A stretch of 64,000 nt of DNA from Patescibacteria group bacterium (GTDB lineage: Bacteria; Patescibacteriota; Minisyncoccia; Ryanbacterales; GWA2-47-10b): contig JBBTQY010000003.1 of NCBI GenBank assembly GCA_038065475.1, positions 14,464 to 78,463 on the forward strand, given 5' to 3'. Below, in pieces: positions 18,360-29,290 of this stretch. Each line of letters starts with the position of its first letter. The first letter of the stretch is position 1. The position numbers were made by a program, and so were the translations under genes. The notes beneath the pieces were generated by a model. It was not told the DNA's origin and did no database searches. It worked only from the letters and a program-made list of their open reading frames with translations.

Positions 18360-19728
18360 ACCAAGATACTATACTACGGCGCACATGAAAGATGCCAACG
18401 GCAAAAAGCGTAAACATGTACGGCGTCACAGGATAGCGCAAGCGCGCATTGGCGACCGTACCTGTCAGAAAAGCGGTTACAATAACAATAGAGAGAAGAA
18501 AAAGGGCCTCCCAACGGTAATGCGTTTGCTGCCACGTCACGTATAGAGCCCCGTACAACATCACTATACATATACCCATCCATGCCAAAACACCAAACCC
18601 GTATACCGTGAAATTGATGCCCCGAGTATTCCGTAACTCACGAAATATACCCCCCACGCCTTCTGTCAAAAACAATTTGCTTATGTGCGGAGATGATCCC
18701 CATGAGAAACCCATCTTGCGCGCCGTATCGGTAAATCCATCTGTTATAAAAAATGGGATCGTCTTGATAGTATAAAATTTTGCAAAAGACGTAGGATCCT
18801 CACGGATAATGCCGAGTGCAAAATCACGCACAACACTCGATTCTCGCAATGTCATAGTAGAGATAGTAACGCCAGTTTGTACAGCAAGCTTTGCCCGCAA
18901 AATATCTGAAGCCTCTGCATCCGAGATGCGATGCGTATATGCATAAAACAAAGTAGCATCATAAGAAAAAAGTTTGCGCACTGAGACGTCAGAAAGACCG
19001 ATGGTATCAAACACCAATACGTTACGTGCGATCCACGGTGTAAGTGCAACCACACAACAGAGCGCCACTACCACGCCCCTGGCAAATTGTTTTTTAAAAA
19101 ACAAAAACCCTATAACGATGCCGGCAACAATCAACCCAATAGGCCTTATAAGCGCAGCGCATCCTAAAAGCACCCCCACATGCCAAGCAACGCCATCCTT
19201 TTTTAAAACACTATACACTGCCCATACAAGAAAAAAAGTAAACACGCTCTCGCTCAGCACAATATTCGATAAATATATGCCCGAGGGTTCGAGTGCAAAC
19301 ATCAACGCAGCTATTAGGCTAAATTTTTCAGTAACAAAAAATCGCGTAATTCGATATACGAGCACTGCCGAAATGCCCGCAAGGATATTTTGTATAACCG
19401 CGACAGAAAAGAAGGAGCGAAATATAAGCAAACACAATGCGATGAACAAAGGATACCCCGGCGTACGAAATGCATCGGGCGCAAAAGGAGCTGAGTACGA
19501 TAAAGAAAACGTTCCGTGCTCCAAAATATTATTCGCAAGGTGTGCATATCCCATCGAGTCCGTCCCTGCAATTGGCATCTCGGCGCGTCCGGTCGCAGAC
19601 AATGCTATAAGCGCAACAAATACTATCATGCGCGCAAAAAACGCTATGCAAAAAATAATTATCTCTTTTCGCGATACTTGGTGAATGCTCAAATATCTGC
19701 GCAGGCGATCAGCTATAATTTGCATCAT
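18349..19728 (-). CDS. GT-C fold glycosyltransferase (ArnT/PMT_2-like)
   Basis: DS..Y..LA.NI, FRTPGYPLF, LSESVF, ALIRP, PWIARN, RLRYP. Confidence 0.85.
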   Translation of the reverse strand: MMQIIADRLRRYLSIHQVSRKEIIIFCIAFFARMIVFVALIALSATGRAEMPIAGTDSMGYAHLANNILEHGTFSLSYSAPFAPDAFRTPGYPLFIALCLLIFRSFFSVAVIQNILAGISAVLVYRITRFFVTEKFSLIAALMFALEPSGIYLSNIVLSESVFTFFLVWAVYSVLKKDGVAWHVGVLLGCAALIRPIGLIVAGIVIGFLFFKKQFARGVVVALCCVVALTPWIARNVLVFDTIGLSDVSVRKLFSYDATLFYAYTHRISDAEASDILRAKLAVQTGVTISTMTLRESSVVRDFALGIIREDPTSFAKFYTIKTIPFFITDGFTDTARKMGFSWGSSPHISKLFLTEGVGGIFRELRNTRGINFTVYGFGVLAWMGICIVMLYGALYVTWQQTHYRWEALFLLSIVIVTAFLTGTVANARLRYPVTPYMFTLFAVGIFHVRRSIVSWYGK

Positions 19729-20461
19729 CTTTTTTACATACAAAAACAAGGTCATACCCAAAAAATTTCATCCCTGGGATCTTGCAGAGGAACTGATCGA
19801 GTGCAAACATAGTATCACCCCCAAACAAACGGTAGAAAACCTTGGGTATCAAGCCAAACCCATACCACCGCTCGACGGAAAGACCGTGACGACGAGCGAG
19901 CGTATGTGCTGCAAAAACTGTCATCGTATTGAGTTGCCGACCGCGCATGCGATACCACAACTTCGCAAAAATCCGATAATTGAATGCATTGCCGTGAATA
20001 TTAAAAATAAAAATGCCATCCTCCCGCAATTTTGGAACGAGAACTTTAAGTGCAGCATCTCGGAGTACTGGCTGTGCGTTGAGAAAAAATCGGAATGCGG
20101 TAATAACATCAAACTCCTCTCCAGCTAAACTGTCCTCAACGGTGATATCAGCCTCGATAAACTTTGCTTTTTTTGTTTTTTCCTTGGCACGCACAAGCAT
20201 GTCGGACGACATATCAACACCGACCGACTCTTTAAAAGAGTCTTCAAGAAACGCAATGATGCGCCCGGTACCCGTCGCGAAATCTAAATATCGCGTACGA
20301 CGACCCTCCTCTATGCACTTTATCTCTGAGGCTAATATTGCCCGCTCATAACGCCAAAGCCAATCATCATAGGAGTTTTGACGATAGATAACCTCATCAT
20401 ACTGCGTCGTCTTTCGTTCACCGAGATGGGAAAGGCGGTAATCTTTCATACTGTGAGACAT
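19709..20461 (-). CDS. Class I SAM-dependent methyltransferase
   Basis: LDFATGTGRI, GVDMS..ML, FDVITAFRFFLNA. Confidence 0.9.
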   Translation of the reverse strand: MSHSMKDYRLSHLGERKTTQYDEVIYRQNSYDDWLWRYERAILASEIKCIEEGRRTRYLDFATGTGRIIAFLEDSFKESVGVDMSSDMLVRAKEKTKKAKFIEADITVEDSLAGEEFDVITAFRFFLNAQPVLRDAALKVLVPKLREDGIFIFNIHGNAFNYRIFAKLWYRMRGRQLNTMTVFAAHTLARRHGLSVERWYGFGLIPKVFYRLFGGDTMFALDQFLCKIPGMKFFGYDLVFVCKKDDANYS

Positions 20462-20530
20462 AACGTCTCTAGCATACCAAAGAGTTATCGTGCGTGGAAC
20501 AGCTATATGTTTTTATGCTAGCATTGAAAA

Positions 20531-22894
20531 ATGATAAATCGCGTTTTTCGCCGTCGTACCATCCTTATCTTAGGGGTAGGGATTTTTCTCCTTTTTCTAC
20601 TTATATCGATCATGTCACCCAACGCCACTGAAAGATGGCAATCACCAATCTACCAACTCGCAATACATACCTACCGATCGATAGAAAAACTACAGGATAT
20701 GCCGTATTTACCTTATCTTGTCCGCAAAAATAACCTTTCCACATATGATATTGTTATCGATCCGCAAGACATAACTGCTATGAATGCTGGGTTGCCAAAA
20801 GATATGGTGAAGGGTCGCCTCCTTGACGAACATAAAGTGCGCATAAACGCACTTTTTCAAACCACTCAATACGAGAGTAAAGTTAAAATACGTTATCGAG
20901 GACGCGGACCAAATCACTGGAATTCTCTAAAAAAATCCTATCACGTAGATTTTCCAGACGAACAACCGTTCAATAGCTTTGAAAGTATTAAATTTAATAT
21001 TCCTGAGGATCGTGGATATGCAGTGGAACCACTCAACTTTTACCGAGCAGAAAAATTTGGCATGGTCGCGCCACAACCATGGTTTACGAATCTTAAATTA
21101 AACGGACAAGCCATGGGCGTCTATATCGCAATCCCTCACTGGACGACGACTTTAATTGAACACAATAAGCGGCCTGAGACGAGCAACATCTTTGGCATTA
21201 AAGATATATCGCGAGAAGAAACATTAGAACGAAACTTTTTTGACCCCATAAATATTGATTATTGGGAAGATTACACAAAACAGGAGATCCCTCCTGCCGA
21301 TAAAAAAGCGTTGTCGGAGTTTTTATCTTTTGTCACTCATGCATCGGATACAGAATATACTCAACTCCTCCCCATCATGGTCGATATGGACGCTCTCTAC
21401 GGATGGCTTGTCATGAATACACTCGCAGCCTCCACCCATCAAAATCTGCACGTCAACATTATTCTTTTTCGAGATACAAGCACGGGGAAATTTCAGCCCA
21501 TTCCGTGGGACACGCAACTCTACCCCTACGAACCCATGCATCTTGAATCTCATCCGCTAATTGGACGCACGCTCTCGGTACCTGCGTTTCGCAGGGAATA
21601 CTTGCGACGACTTGCTGCATATACTACAAAAGAAAACCTAGCCGATGACCTTGCATTTTACGATGCCCAATGGGAATCAATACGCATTCCACTCTATCAA
21701 GACTTTGCAAAAGCACCGCTCAATACAGAAATACGCGCTTCGCGCATGCGATCGCGCGAACTGATCGAAAAAAACTTTTCTACCGTACAAGAACTATTAG
21801 AAAAAAATCCTGAAGATCTTTTTGTGGGTATGACTGAAAAATATTCCACCGAACCTCTTACCCTCTCCCCTCTTCATGCAGGAGCAACCACACCTATAGA
21901 TGTGTTTATCAAGAGTCACCCACAATTCTATCTTGAGGGACCCGATACGGTCGCGGTAGGGCCAGGAACAATCACAGTCCCATCGACAATCACGATCCCC
22001 CAAAACTATCGACTCGTCATAAAACCAGGGACACGTATTCTCTTGGGCTCTGATGCATCAATTATTTCATTTAAGTACCTTACAGCAATCGGCGCTGCTG
22101 CATCACCTATTCGTGTTGAGGGTATGTCGCAAAAACCATGGGGGTCACTCTTTGTATTAGATTCTCATAGCGGCACGAGCACCATTGCACATGCCCATAT
22201 CACCGGCGGATCCGGATTTCACCAAGACGGTATAACTGCGACGGGCATGGTCGCTCTTCACAACACTAATGCCGCGGTGAGCCACACGATATTTGAGAAC
22301 ACCCATGACGATGACGCACTCAATGTCAAGCATGGCTACGTAGAAATCAATGAAAATACTTTTCGCAATACTTTTGGTGATGCTATCGATCTTGATGCGA
22401 GTCGAGGGTTTGTGCATGACAATGCTTTTGGACATTTTGGCTTTGATGCTCATAAATCTGCGGGGCCAAATGGTGACGGTGTTGATATAAGCTTTAGCAC
22501 AATCGAAATCTCTGGAAATATCATCCGAGCCTGTGGCGATAAAGGAATTAGCGTTGGAGAGCAATCAGCGCCGCACATCATTAACAACCTTATAATGAAG
22601 TGCTCGATCGGCATTGCGGTCAAAGATCTATCAAGTGCCATCGTCAGTAATAATTATCTTATTGAAAATATGACCGGCCTTTCTCTCACCATGAAAAAAC
22701 CTCATTTTGGTGGTGGCGAGGCGACCTTAAAACAAAGCCTTCTCTGGAACAATGGGGAAGATCTTTCGATAGATCCATACTCTATCCTGCATGACGCCGG
22801 AGAAAACATCATAAAATCACGCAATGACAATCTCAAATTGCCATCCGATATACGTCCTCAATTTCAAGCGCCGCTCAGCGAGCTTCTTCGATAG
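20531..22894 (+). CDS. CotH-like kinase fused to a right-handed beta-helix domain, membrane anchored
   Basis: KIRYRG....HW...KKSY.V.F, LNG..MGVY, FQPIPWD; C-terminal DDALN/GDAIDLD/DGVDIS/DKGISVGE/IGIAVKD repeats. Confidence 0.8.
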   Translation: MINRVFRRRTILILGVGIFLLFLLISIMSPNATERWQSPIYQLAIHTYRSIEKLQDMPYLPYLVRKNNLSTYDIVIDPQDITAMNAGLPKDMVKGRLLDEHKVRINALFQTTQYESKVKIRYRGRGPNHWNSLKKSYHVDFPDEQPFNSFESIKFNIPEDRGYAVEPLNFYRAEKFGMVAPQPWFTNLKLNGQAMGVYIAIPHWTTTLIEHNKRPETSNIFGIKDISREETLERNFFDPINIDYWEDYTKQEIPPADKKALSEFLSFVTHASDTEYTQLLPIMVDMDALYGWLVMNTLAASTHQNLHVNIILFRDTSTGKFQPIPWDTQLYPYEPMHLESHPLIGRTLSVPAFRREYLRRLAAYTTKENLADDLAFYDAQWESIRIPLYQDFAKAPLNTEIRASRMRSRELIEKNFSTVQELLEKNPEDLFVGMTEKYSTEPLTLSPLHAGATTPIDVFIKSHPQFYLEGPDTVAVGPGTITVPSTITIPQNYRLVIKPGTRILLGSDASIISFKYLTAIGAAASPIRVEGMSQKPWGSLFVLDSHSGTSTIAHAHITGGSGFHQDGITATGMVALHNTNAAVSHTIFENTHDDDALNVKHGYVEINENTFRNTFGDAIDLDASRGFVHDNAFGHFGFDAHKSAGPNGDGVDISFSTIEISGNIIRACGDKGISVGEQSAPHIINNLIMKCSIGIAVKDLSSAIVSNNYLIENMTGLSLTMKKPHFGGGEATLKQSLLWNNGEDLSIDPYSILHDAGENIIKSRNDNLKLPSDIRPQFQAPLSELLR

Positions 22895-24602
22895 CCCCTC
22901 GATACTCCCAAATCTCAATACGTTCGCGTAAGCTTGATTCGCCGAACGAAGCAACGGGTGCATACTGCTCTTGAACTAAAGTGCGAAATGCTGGGTAGTG
23001 CGAGAAAATATGCCTCTCCATCCGGCCATCAACAATCACGTATCGCGGGGGATCTGATCTAAGCATGTGCAATAATTCATTTGGAGATGGGAATGTGCCG
23101 GTGCGATTATCGGCGTTACCCGCAAAATGAATAGCGTACGACGTAAGATCTGCAACTGTACGACGATCTGCGATCACCACCGGCAAAGGATTTGCTGAAA
23201 AAATCCTCTCTTCCGAAGTCGTATGACTCTCGATAAACAATGCCGTGCTGTTAATTGTTTTTTGTGTCCACCACCAGCCTCCTACTTTGGGATCATAGAA
23301 CCAGGCAAAACTCGTCGCCCAAAATCCAATACCCACACATACATACAGCGTCTTTATCACTTTTGACTCGCGCCTCCAGTCAATGCGCGACAATACATAT
23401 CCGGTACCTAAAGCTATCGCGGGAATAAATTCACGAGGATATCCGGGTGCAAAAAAAGAATATGCCACAAAGAGTCCTGCTATCCATAATAACAACACCT
23501 CTACTCCGAAGTGGTCATGCGTATCCTGTTCGAAAAATTTTAAAATGCGAAACAGCAATCCAAACGCAACAAGGGAAACAATAAAAAGTGATAGAAATAC
23601 TAAGTGTCGAAATGACCCAGACGCGATAATGGTGAGCGTATGCACAACAAACGACCCGATAAAAATCAAAAGTATTCCAAGTACAAGCGCATTACGAATA
23701 CTCCTTGTACGCGCGAAAAACATACGGACCGCAATAACAAGAAACCCGACCAGCCCCACAAATAAAAGACCTCCTTGTATCGCCACGCCTTCAACAAACG
23801 TCAACAGCCAATCGCGAGCAAATAAATACCATGAGAATGTAGTACCGGAAATCTCAGCTTTTGTTGCCTGTACTGAAAATACAACAAAAAGATCGAGCCA
23901 ATACGTAACGGCTCGATCCCAGTGATGAAAAGCTGTGTAAAGAAAAACCGGCAAGAACCCAGCGAGAAATCCAACAACAATCATACTTGCTGATTCAATA
24001 TACCGCCATATATTCGACCGTGCGCGCCAAAAAGTAAGTATGACTAAAAGACCGATGGTCAGTGCCATTGCAAGGATAGATTGCCGCTCGATATACCCTA
24101 CACCAAGTGCAGCACCCGACAATATAAACCACCGCCTGTCACCACGTACTCCACGTATCGCCCCAAAAAGGGCGAGCATTGCCATAAGAATGGTCAATGA
24201 CTCCGTCTTAATAAAATGACTATTCCAAAGCGTATAAGGCACAAGCGCATGTATCAACGCACCCGCAATAACTATTTTGCGCTCAAACAGCTCACGCCCC
24301 AATAAATACAACATTCCCGTGCAAAGCGCCGAAAATAAAAGTACTGGTATGCGAAATATAAATATTGATCTACCGAACAGTACCGCAGAAAGATTGATAA
24401 ACCAAGAAAGAATAGGTGCGCGCGTTGTGTAGTCAGCAATGGGTATTTCTCCACGCCCAATACGCAGTGCGTCTTGAACAAATCTACCTTCATCGCCACC
24501 TACCATAGTAAATGGGAAAACGAGAATCAGTGCGACAAACGCAACAAATGAAAGTAGCAGCGCTACTTGAATATCAGACAAGGCTTGCATACGTCGCATC
24601 AT
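22875..24602 (-). CDS. GT-C fold glycosyltransferase (ArnT/PMT_2-like)
   Basis: GDEG....A..I..G..P..D....P motif, many TM helices and an extracellular C-terminal domain. Confidence 0.8.
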   Translation of the reverse strand: MMRRMQALSDIQVALLLSFVAFVALILVFPFTMVGGDEGRFVQDALRIGRGEIPIADYTTRAPILSWFINLSAVLFGRSIFIFRIPVLLFSALCTGMLYLLGRELFERKIVIAGALIHALVPYTLWNSHFIKTESLTILMAMLALFGAIRGVRGDRRWFILSGAALGVGYIERQSILAMALTIGLLVILTFWRARSNIWRYIESASMIVVGFLAGFLPVFLYTAFHHWDRAVTYWLDLFVVFSVQATKAEISGTTFSWYLFARDWLLTFVEGVAIQGGLLFVGLVGFLVIAVRMFFARTRSIRNALVLGILLIFIGSFVVHTLTIIASGSFRHLVFLSLFIVSLVAFGLLFRILKFFEQDTHDHFGVEVLLLWIAGLFVAYSFFAPGYPREFIPAIALGTGYVLSRIDWRRESKVIKTLYVCVGIGFWATSFAWFYDPKVGGWWWTQKTINSTALFIESHTTSEERIFSANPLPVVIADRRTVADLTSYAIHFAGNADNRTGTFPSPNELLHMLRSDPPRYVIVDGRMERHIFSHYPAFRTLVQEQYAPVASFGESSLRERIEIWEYRGAIEEAR

Positions 24603-24603
24603 A

Positions 24604-24903
24604 TTATTCTGCGAACGCCCGAACTCCTCGCCGGTGAAGTACAATATTGCGTACATAGATTGAAAACGCAATCACCTGCCCAGCAAAAAAAACTGGATCT
24701 CTTGTATGGAGCGTATAAATAAAAATCATGACACTGCCCATAGCACTCAAGTACCAATACATAATGGGAATCGTACTCCTACCACTTCGCTCCGAATCAA
24801 TCCATTGGATCATGAGCCTCAAAAAAAAGAAAAATTGTCCTAAAAACCCCACGAGAACCCAAGCGTCAATCGTAAATCCTAAAATAGTAAAGGGAGCAAA
24901 CAT
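24604..24903 (-). CDS. Stand-alone LAB_N (lipid A biosynthesis N-terminal domain) membrane protein
   Basis: GFLGQ..F..R..IQW..SER..RS..P..YWYLS..G.....IY.....DPVF..GQ......YVRN. Confidence 0.85.
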   Translation of the reverse strand: MFAPFTILGFTIDAWVLVGFLGQFFFFLRLMIQWIDSERSGRSTIPIMYWYLSAMGSVMIFIYTLHTRDPVFFAGQVIAFSIYVRNIVLHRRGVRAFAE

Positions 24904-24915
24904 GGTCCTATGGTA

Positions 24916-26004
24916 TTATCCTTGGGCTGTTTTCGCAATCGCACTATATACGCGCTGACTCATAGCGTCTTCGCTACAAAGACGCTCGAATAACTTATGC
25001 CCCTCGTGCATCACGTGCTCACGAATATCGGCATGATCGCGTATCCATAAAATTTTTTCTGCTAAAGCATTGGGGTCGTTGATGCGGCAAAAAAATGCAG
25101 TCTCACCATCATGAAAAAAATGCTCGACAACTGACACCTCGGGCGGGCCCGCGGTCAAAAACGGCTGGCCCATAGCGATTGTTTCGAAGGATTTATTGAG
25201 CAGATTCCGCCGCGCCTTTGGCGTATCGCCAAACATTCCGAGACAAAGATCGGCATCTTTACGTTGTGTAATCATTTCCTCATCAGAAAGACGCCTACTG
25301 ATAAGCTCCACATTTGAAAGCTTTAACTCCCGATGAAGCTTCTCAATCACCGAAGACAACTGCCCCTTACCTGCTATACGAAAAATAATATTGGTATCTT
25401 CCAACTGCTTTGCGGCGCGTAAGACGACATCGATCCCATGGACAGGACTTATCTCCCCGCAAAATTCGACGACGAATTTATCTTTATCAGCCGGCAATTT
25501 TTCTTGTACCCGTGGATAAAAAATGGTGCGATCTGCGCACATAGGAATCTCTACAAATCGATCCCGTGGCGTACCAAACGTCTCATGAATTCGGTCAGCG
25601 TGTATTGGATCGTGCACAACGATAACTGTTGATTTAGTATGCGCCTGCCGATCAAGCCACCACACAACGCGACATCGCCACGAACCGTGCATAAAAAGTT
25701 TTCGATCAACACACGCCCCATCATGAAGCTCTGTTTGGAGATCAAAAATGATAGGTTTTTTTGTAAATAAACGCAAAAACGGAACAATCGGATGGCCCAT
25801 CCATCCTACAAAAAATATATCATGCGAATACATCAAAAAAGGTAATCGTAAAAAAATACTGAGAAAACGGAGTGGGAAAGAATTTTGCTTCGATGCCAGC
25901 AGCGTCGTCTGATGCCGCTTCTTAAGAATTCGGTATTTTATGCGATTACTAGGGTAGCTTGGCGATGCGCCGCAGACAAAAAGTATCTTAGGCCTCTCGA
26001 TCAT
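24916..26004 (-). CDS. GT4 family glycosyltransferase
   Basis: F.G...P.HGID.VL.AA, AD.CLG.FG...KA......K.FE..AMG.P. Confidence 0.85.
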   Translation of the reverse strand: MIERPKILFVCGASPSYPSNRIKYRILKKRHQTTLLASKQNSFPLRFLSIFLRLPFLMYSHDIFFVGWMGHPIVPFLRLFTKKPIIFDLQTELHDGACVDRKLFMHGSWRCRVVWWLDRQAHTKSTVIVVHDPIHADRIHETFGTPRDRFVEIPMCADRTIFYPRVQEKLPADKDKFVVEFCGEISPVHGIDVVLRAAKQLEDTNIIFRIAGKGQLSSVIEKLHRELKLSNVELISRRLSDEEMITQRKDADLCLGMFGDTPKARRNLLNKSFETIAMGQPFLTAGPPEVSVVEHFFHDGETAFFCRINDPNALAEKILWIRDHADIREHVMHEGHKLFERLCSEDAMSQRVYSAIAKTAQG

Positions 26005-26908
26005 ATTTAGGCACGGTCGGGTCTGAACGATTGATAATCTCAGCGATAAGCCCCATGAGAATAAACTGGAAACCAATCAATATACATACTGCCGCGAGTA
26101 TCGGGAGTGGCGTGCGGATAAAATGAGTATCTTCAAAAACCTTGAGCCAGAGCGCCCACATGCCTGCTACGGCGCCGAGCAAAAAACTTGCAAAGCCTAC
26201 GGCTCCAAAAAAATGCATGGGACGGCGCGCATATTTATAAAAAAAGTGAAACGCGAGCACATCAAGTAATACCTTAAATGTACGCGAAATGCCGTATTTT
26301 GAAGTACCGAACTTGCGGGACTCAAAAGCAACGGGCATCTCGGCAACGCGTGCACCTTCGCGTTTAGCATATGCCACGATCATGCGATGCATATCACCCG
26401 TAAAATGCAGTCCTTCTAGAATCTCACGACGATATATCTTGAGCGTGCAACCATGATCGTGTAAGTGCACGCGCGTCACCAGCGAGATAAGGCGATTGGC
26501 AATCGCCGACGGAATACGCCGAGTAAATAGTTTTCCCTTCCAACGATCTTTACGCCATCCTGATACGATATCGTACCCTTCATCAAGCTTGGCTAGCAGG
26601 CGCGGAATATCACTCGGGCGGTTCTCGAGATCGCCGTCAAGCGTGATAATAACCTCTCCGCGGGATTCTCGCACGCCAACGCCCAATGCCGCAGTCTGGC
26701 CTGCGTTGCGTTTCAAACGAAGCAACAAAAGAGGCTTTATACCGCGCAATACATCGCTTGTTCCATCTGAAGATCCATCATCGACAAAAATAAGTTCGTA
26801 CGGTTTACCGAGAGCATCGAAAACGGAAATAAGCTCTTTATGCAACAAGGGAGCCGATTCCTTTTCATTATAGAGCGGCACAATAACTGAATACGTAGGT
26901 CGTTCCAT
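25988..26908 (-). CDS. GT2 polyprenol-phosphate glycosyltransferase (ArnC/GtrB-like)
   Basis: SVIVPLYNE, VDDGSSD, LDGDLEN, HDHGC, R.FG.SKYG, two C-terminal TM helices. Confidence 0.9.
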   Translation of the reverse strand: MERPTYSVIVPLYNEKESAPLLHKELISVFDALGKPYELIFVDDGSSDGTSDVLRGIKPLLLLRLKRNAGQTAALGVGVRESRGEVIITLDGDLENRPSDIPRLLAKLDEGYDIVSGWRKDRWKGKLFTRRIPSAIANRLISLVTRVHLHDHGCTLKIYRREILEGLHFTGDMHRMIVAYAKREGARVAEMPVAFESRKFGTSKYGISRTFKVLLDVLAFHFFYKYARRPMHFFGAVGFASFLLGAVAGMWALWLKVFEDTHFIRTPLPILAAVCILIGFQFILMGLIAEIINRSDPTVPKYDREA

Positions 26909-26929
26909 AATAAAAATTAAACAATATAA

Positions 26930-28246
26930 TCAAGAAAAAATCAAGCTTCCGGAACAAACTGCTTCTACTGCTTCTTTTACGTCAGTATAATGTGGATATT
27001 CTCTCAAGAGTACCTCACGCTCATCTTTGCAACTATATCCCGTCTTGACTCCGACAAATGCTATACCCGCGCGCTCTGCTGTTTTTGCATCGATAGTAGA
27101 ATCGCCAATCAACACACTTCGCGAGAGATCGATATTAAAATCTTTCACTGCCAACTCTATCATACCGATGCCAGGCTTTCGACACTCGCACGATACTTTT
27201 AACCCCTCCACCTCACCTGGGAACCCCTTTTCGGGATAATGCGGACACATATATATCGCATCTAACTTTGCACCTACAGCACCGAGTGTATTTTCAATCT
27301 TTATATTGATCTGCCTCGCTACTACATTAGTGACCAATCCCTTAGCGATCACTGGTTGATTCGTCACTAAAATTGCTAAATACTCCGTATCATTAATACG
27401 GCGTATCGCCTCTACAGCTTCCGGATACACATCACAATCCTCGGGGCGCGTAACACCGCCGATTTCTTTATTGATCACACCATCACGATCGAGAAAAATG
27501 GCGGGGCGCGGATACTCGCTGTTCATGCGAGATATCTTCCCCGCAGCGCAATCTCTCTCTGCTTCGCGCAAACGCTCAGGCGTACCAATATCTTTGAGAT
27601 ATTCAGCGGAATGATATGCGTATATCTCACCGCCATTTGCAAGAATACTTGGAAACACGTTTTTTTCGAGATCGGCAAAACCCTTAACTGGAATATATGA
27701 AAATATTTTTGGGGAAATAATGTATACGGACCCTACACTAAAATTTCCAACGAGCATGCCGGCATCACGGGGACGTGAATACAGCGCGGCAATTTTCCCC
27801 GACATATCCCGCTCAACGAGGTCGCTGTCATGCATATGATCAGTCGGGTGACCCAACACTGTCAGTGTTGCATTAGCGTGTTGTTGGTGCCATTTTTGAA
27901 ATCGTGGAATATTGACATCGAGCATGATATCGCCCGATAACAACAAAAAATCCTCGCGCATCTTATCGTGAAGCGCTCGCAACGCGCCAGCCGTGCCTTG
28001 CGGCTCATCTTCTGTAAGATACGAAATAGAAGCTCCCCACTGCAAACCATCATTACAATACTCGCGTATACTGCTTGCCTGATATCCCAGAAGTAATGTT
28101 ATATCTATAATACCATAACGTTTTAATAACAAAATCTGATGCTCAAGAATTGTTTTTCCTCCAATTAAAACAAGTGATTTTGGAGTATCTCGCGTGAGCT
28201 CCCCGAGACGTGTGCCACGCCCACCAGCTAAAATGACTGCTCTCAT
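26930..28246 (-). CDS. Fusion of a sugar-1-phosphate nucleotidyltransferase (HddC-like) and a GmhB-like HAD phosphatase
   Basis: N-terminal ILAGG.GTRL...T...PK and DIGTPER; C-terminal AIFLDRDGVIN, VTNQ, CPH...C.CRKP, IGD. Confidence 0.9.
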   Translation of the reverse strand: MRAVILAGGRGTRLGELTRDTPKSLVLIGGKTILEHQILLLKRYGIIDITLLLGYQASSIREYCNDGLQWGASISYLTEDEPQGTAGALRALHDKMREDFLLLSGDIMLDVNIPRFQKWHQQHANATLTVLGHPTDHMHDSDLVERDMSGKIAALYSRPRDAGMLVGNFSVGSVYIISPKIFSYIPVKGFADLEKNVFPSILANGGEIYAYHSAEYLKDIGTPERLREAERDCAAGKISRMNSEYPRPAIFLDRDGVINKEIGGVTRPEDCDVYPEAVEAIRRINDTEYLAILVTNQPVIAKGLVTNVVARQINIKIENTLGAVGAKLDAIYMCPHYPEKGFPGEVEGLKVSCECRKPGIGMIELAVKDFNIDLSRSVLIGDSTIDAKTAERAGIAFVGVKTGYSCKDEREVLLREYPHYTDVKEAVEAVCSGSLIFS

Positions 28247-29253
28247 GCGAGAAACTGTTCTGAATCTGGGTTCATGCTGTAAATAACCGTGCTACCCAAG
28301 TTTTCAAAACGAAAGGGAACGTGCAAATACTGCCCCAACTTTGCGCGAACACGCGATTGATCCTCTGGGCGGACAAACAACAGCATGAACCCTCCCCCGC
28401 CTGCACCCAAAAGCTTCCCTCCGATCGCCCCCGCGCTTTGCGCATCGGCATACATAGTATCAATCGCAGACGTTGAAATCTTTGACGTAAGACTGCGCTT
28501 AACGAGCCAACCTTCATGAAGCAGTTTTCCAAAGTCGTCGATGGATTCTGGGCTACCTTTTAAAATCTCATACGCCTCATCTACCATTGTACGCATACGC
28601 GTGAGCTCTTTTGCTTTTTGTGGTGTTGTCTTTATTTGTTCGGCAGCAATCTCAGAAGCATTGCGCGGATATCCAGTAAAAAATAACATCAATCTTCCGT
28701 GGAAAATACGCATGCTCTCTTGTGAAATATCCACTGGCTCCACCCTCAATTCATCCTGCCCACCAAAGTATATTTTATTCAAACCACCAAATGCTGCAGC
28801 AACTTGATCTTGAGAGCCGACATTTTCCTTGATCATGTTCTGCTCAACATGAATGGCACTGCGAGCTAAAGCATCTTTTGATATTGTCTTACCTTCAAGT
28901 GCATGAAGAGCATTGAGAAATCCAACAGTAAATGCCGAGCTTGATCCGATACCTGACATGCCAGGCACGTCAGTGTTGTGCTGCATCTCGATACCTTGAT
29001 CGAAGGTAAGATGCGCAAGACACTCGCGCACTGATGGATGCTGAATATCAGCGAGAGCATTTACTTCTTCTTGGCGACCGTAGCGAATACGATATTTGCA
29101 GTCAAAAAACGGCGGGAGATATCTCGTCGTAATATAACAATATTTATCAATTGTCGCCGATAACACCGCCCCCCCGTGTTCTCGATACCATATAGGATAA
29201 TCCGTGCCCCCACCGAAAAAGGAGATGCGAAACGGCGTACGCGTAATAACCAT
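28243..29253 (-). CDS. hddA: D-glycero-alpha-D-manno-heptose-7-phosphate kinase (GHMP family)
   Basis: TRTPFRISFFGGGTD, SGIGSSS, GSQDQ..AAFGG, GGKLLGAGGGGF. The true start is MVITR; the longer ORF-track extension is spurious. Confidence 0.85.
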   Translation of the reverse strand: MVITRTPFRISFFGGGTDYPIWYREHGGAVLSATIDKYCYITTRYLPPFFDCKYRIRYGRQEEVNALADIQHPSVRECLAHLTFDQGIEMQHNTDVPGMSGIGSSSAFTVGFLNALHALEGKTISKDALARSAIHVEQNMIKENVGSQDQVAAAFGGLNKIYFGGQDELRVEPVDISQESMRIFHGRLMLFFTGYPRNASEIAAEQIKTTPQKAKELTRMRTMVDEAYEILKGSPESIDDFGKLLHEGWLVKRSLTSKISTSAIDTMYADAQSAGAIGGKLLGAGGGGFMLLFVRPEDQSRVRAKLGQYLHVPFRFENLGSTVIYSMNPDSEQFLA

Positions 29254-29290
29254 TGAAGTTACCTTACGCTTTTTAGCGTATTTTTTCAAT

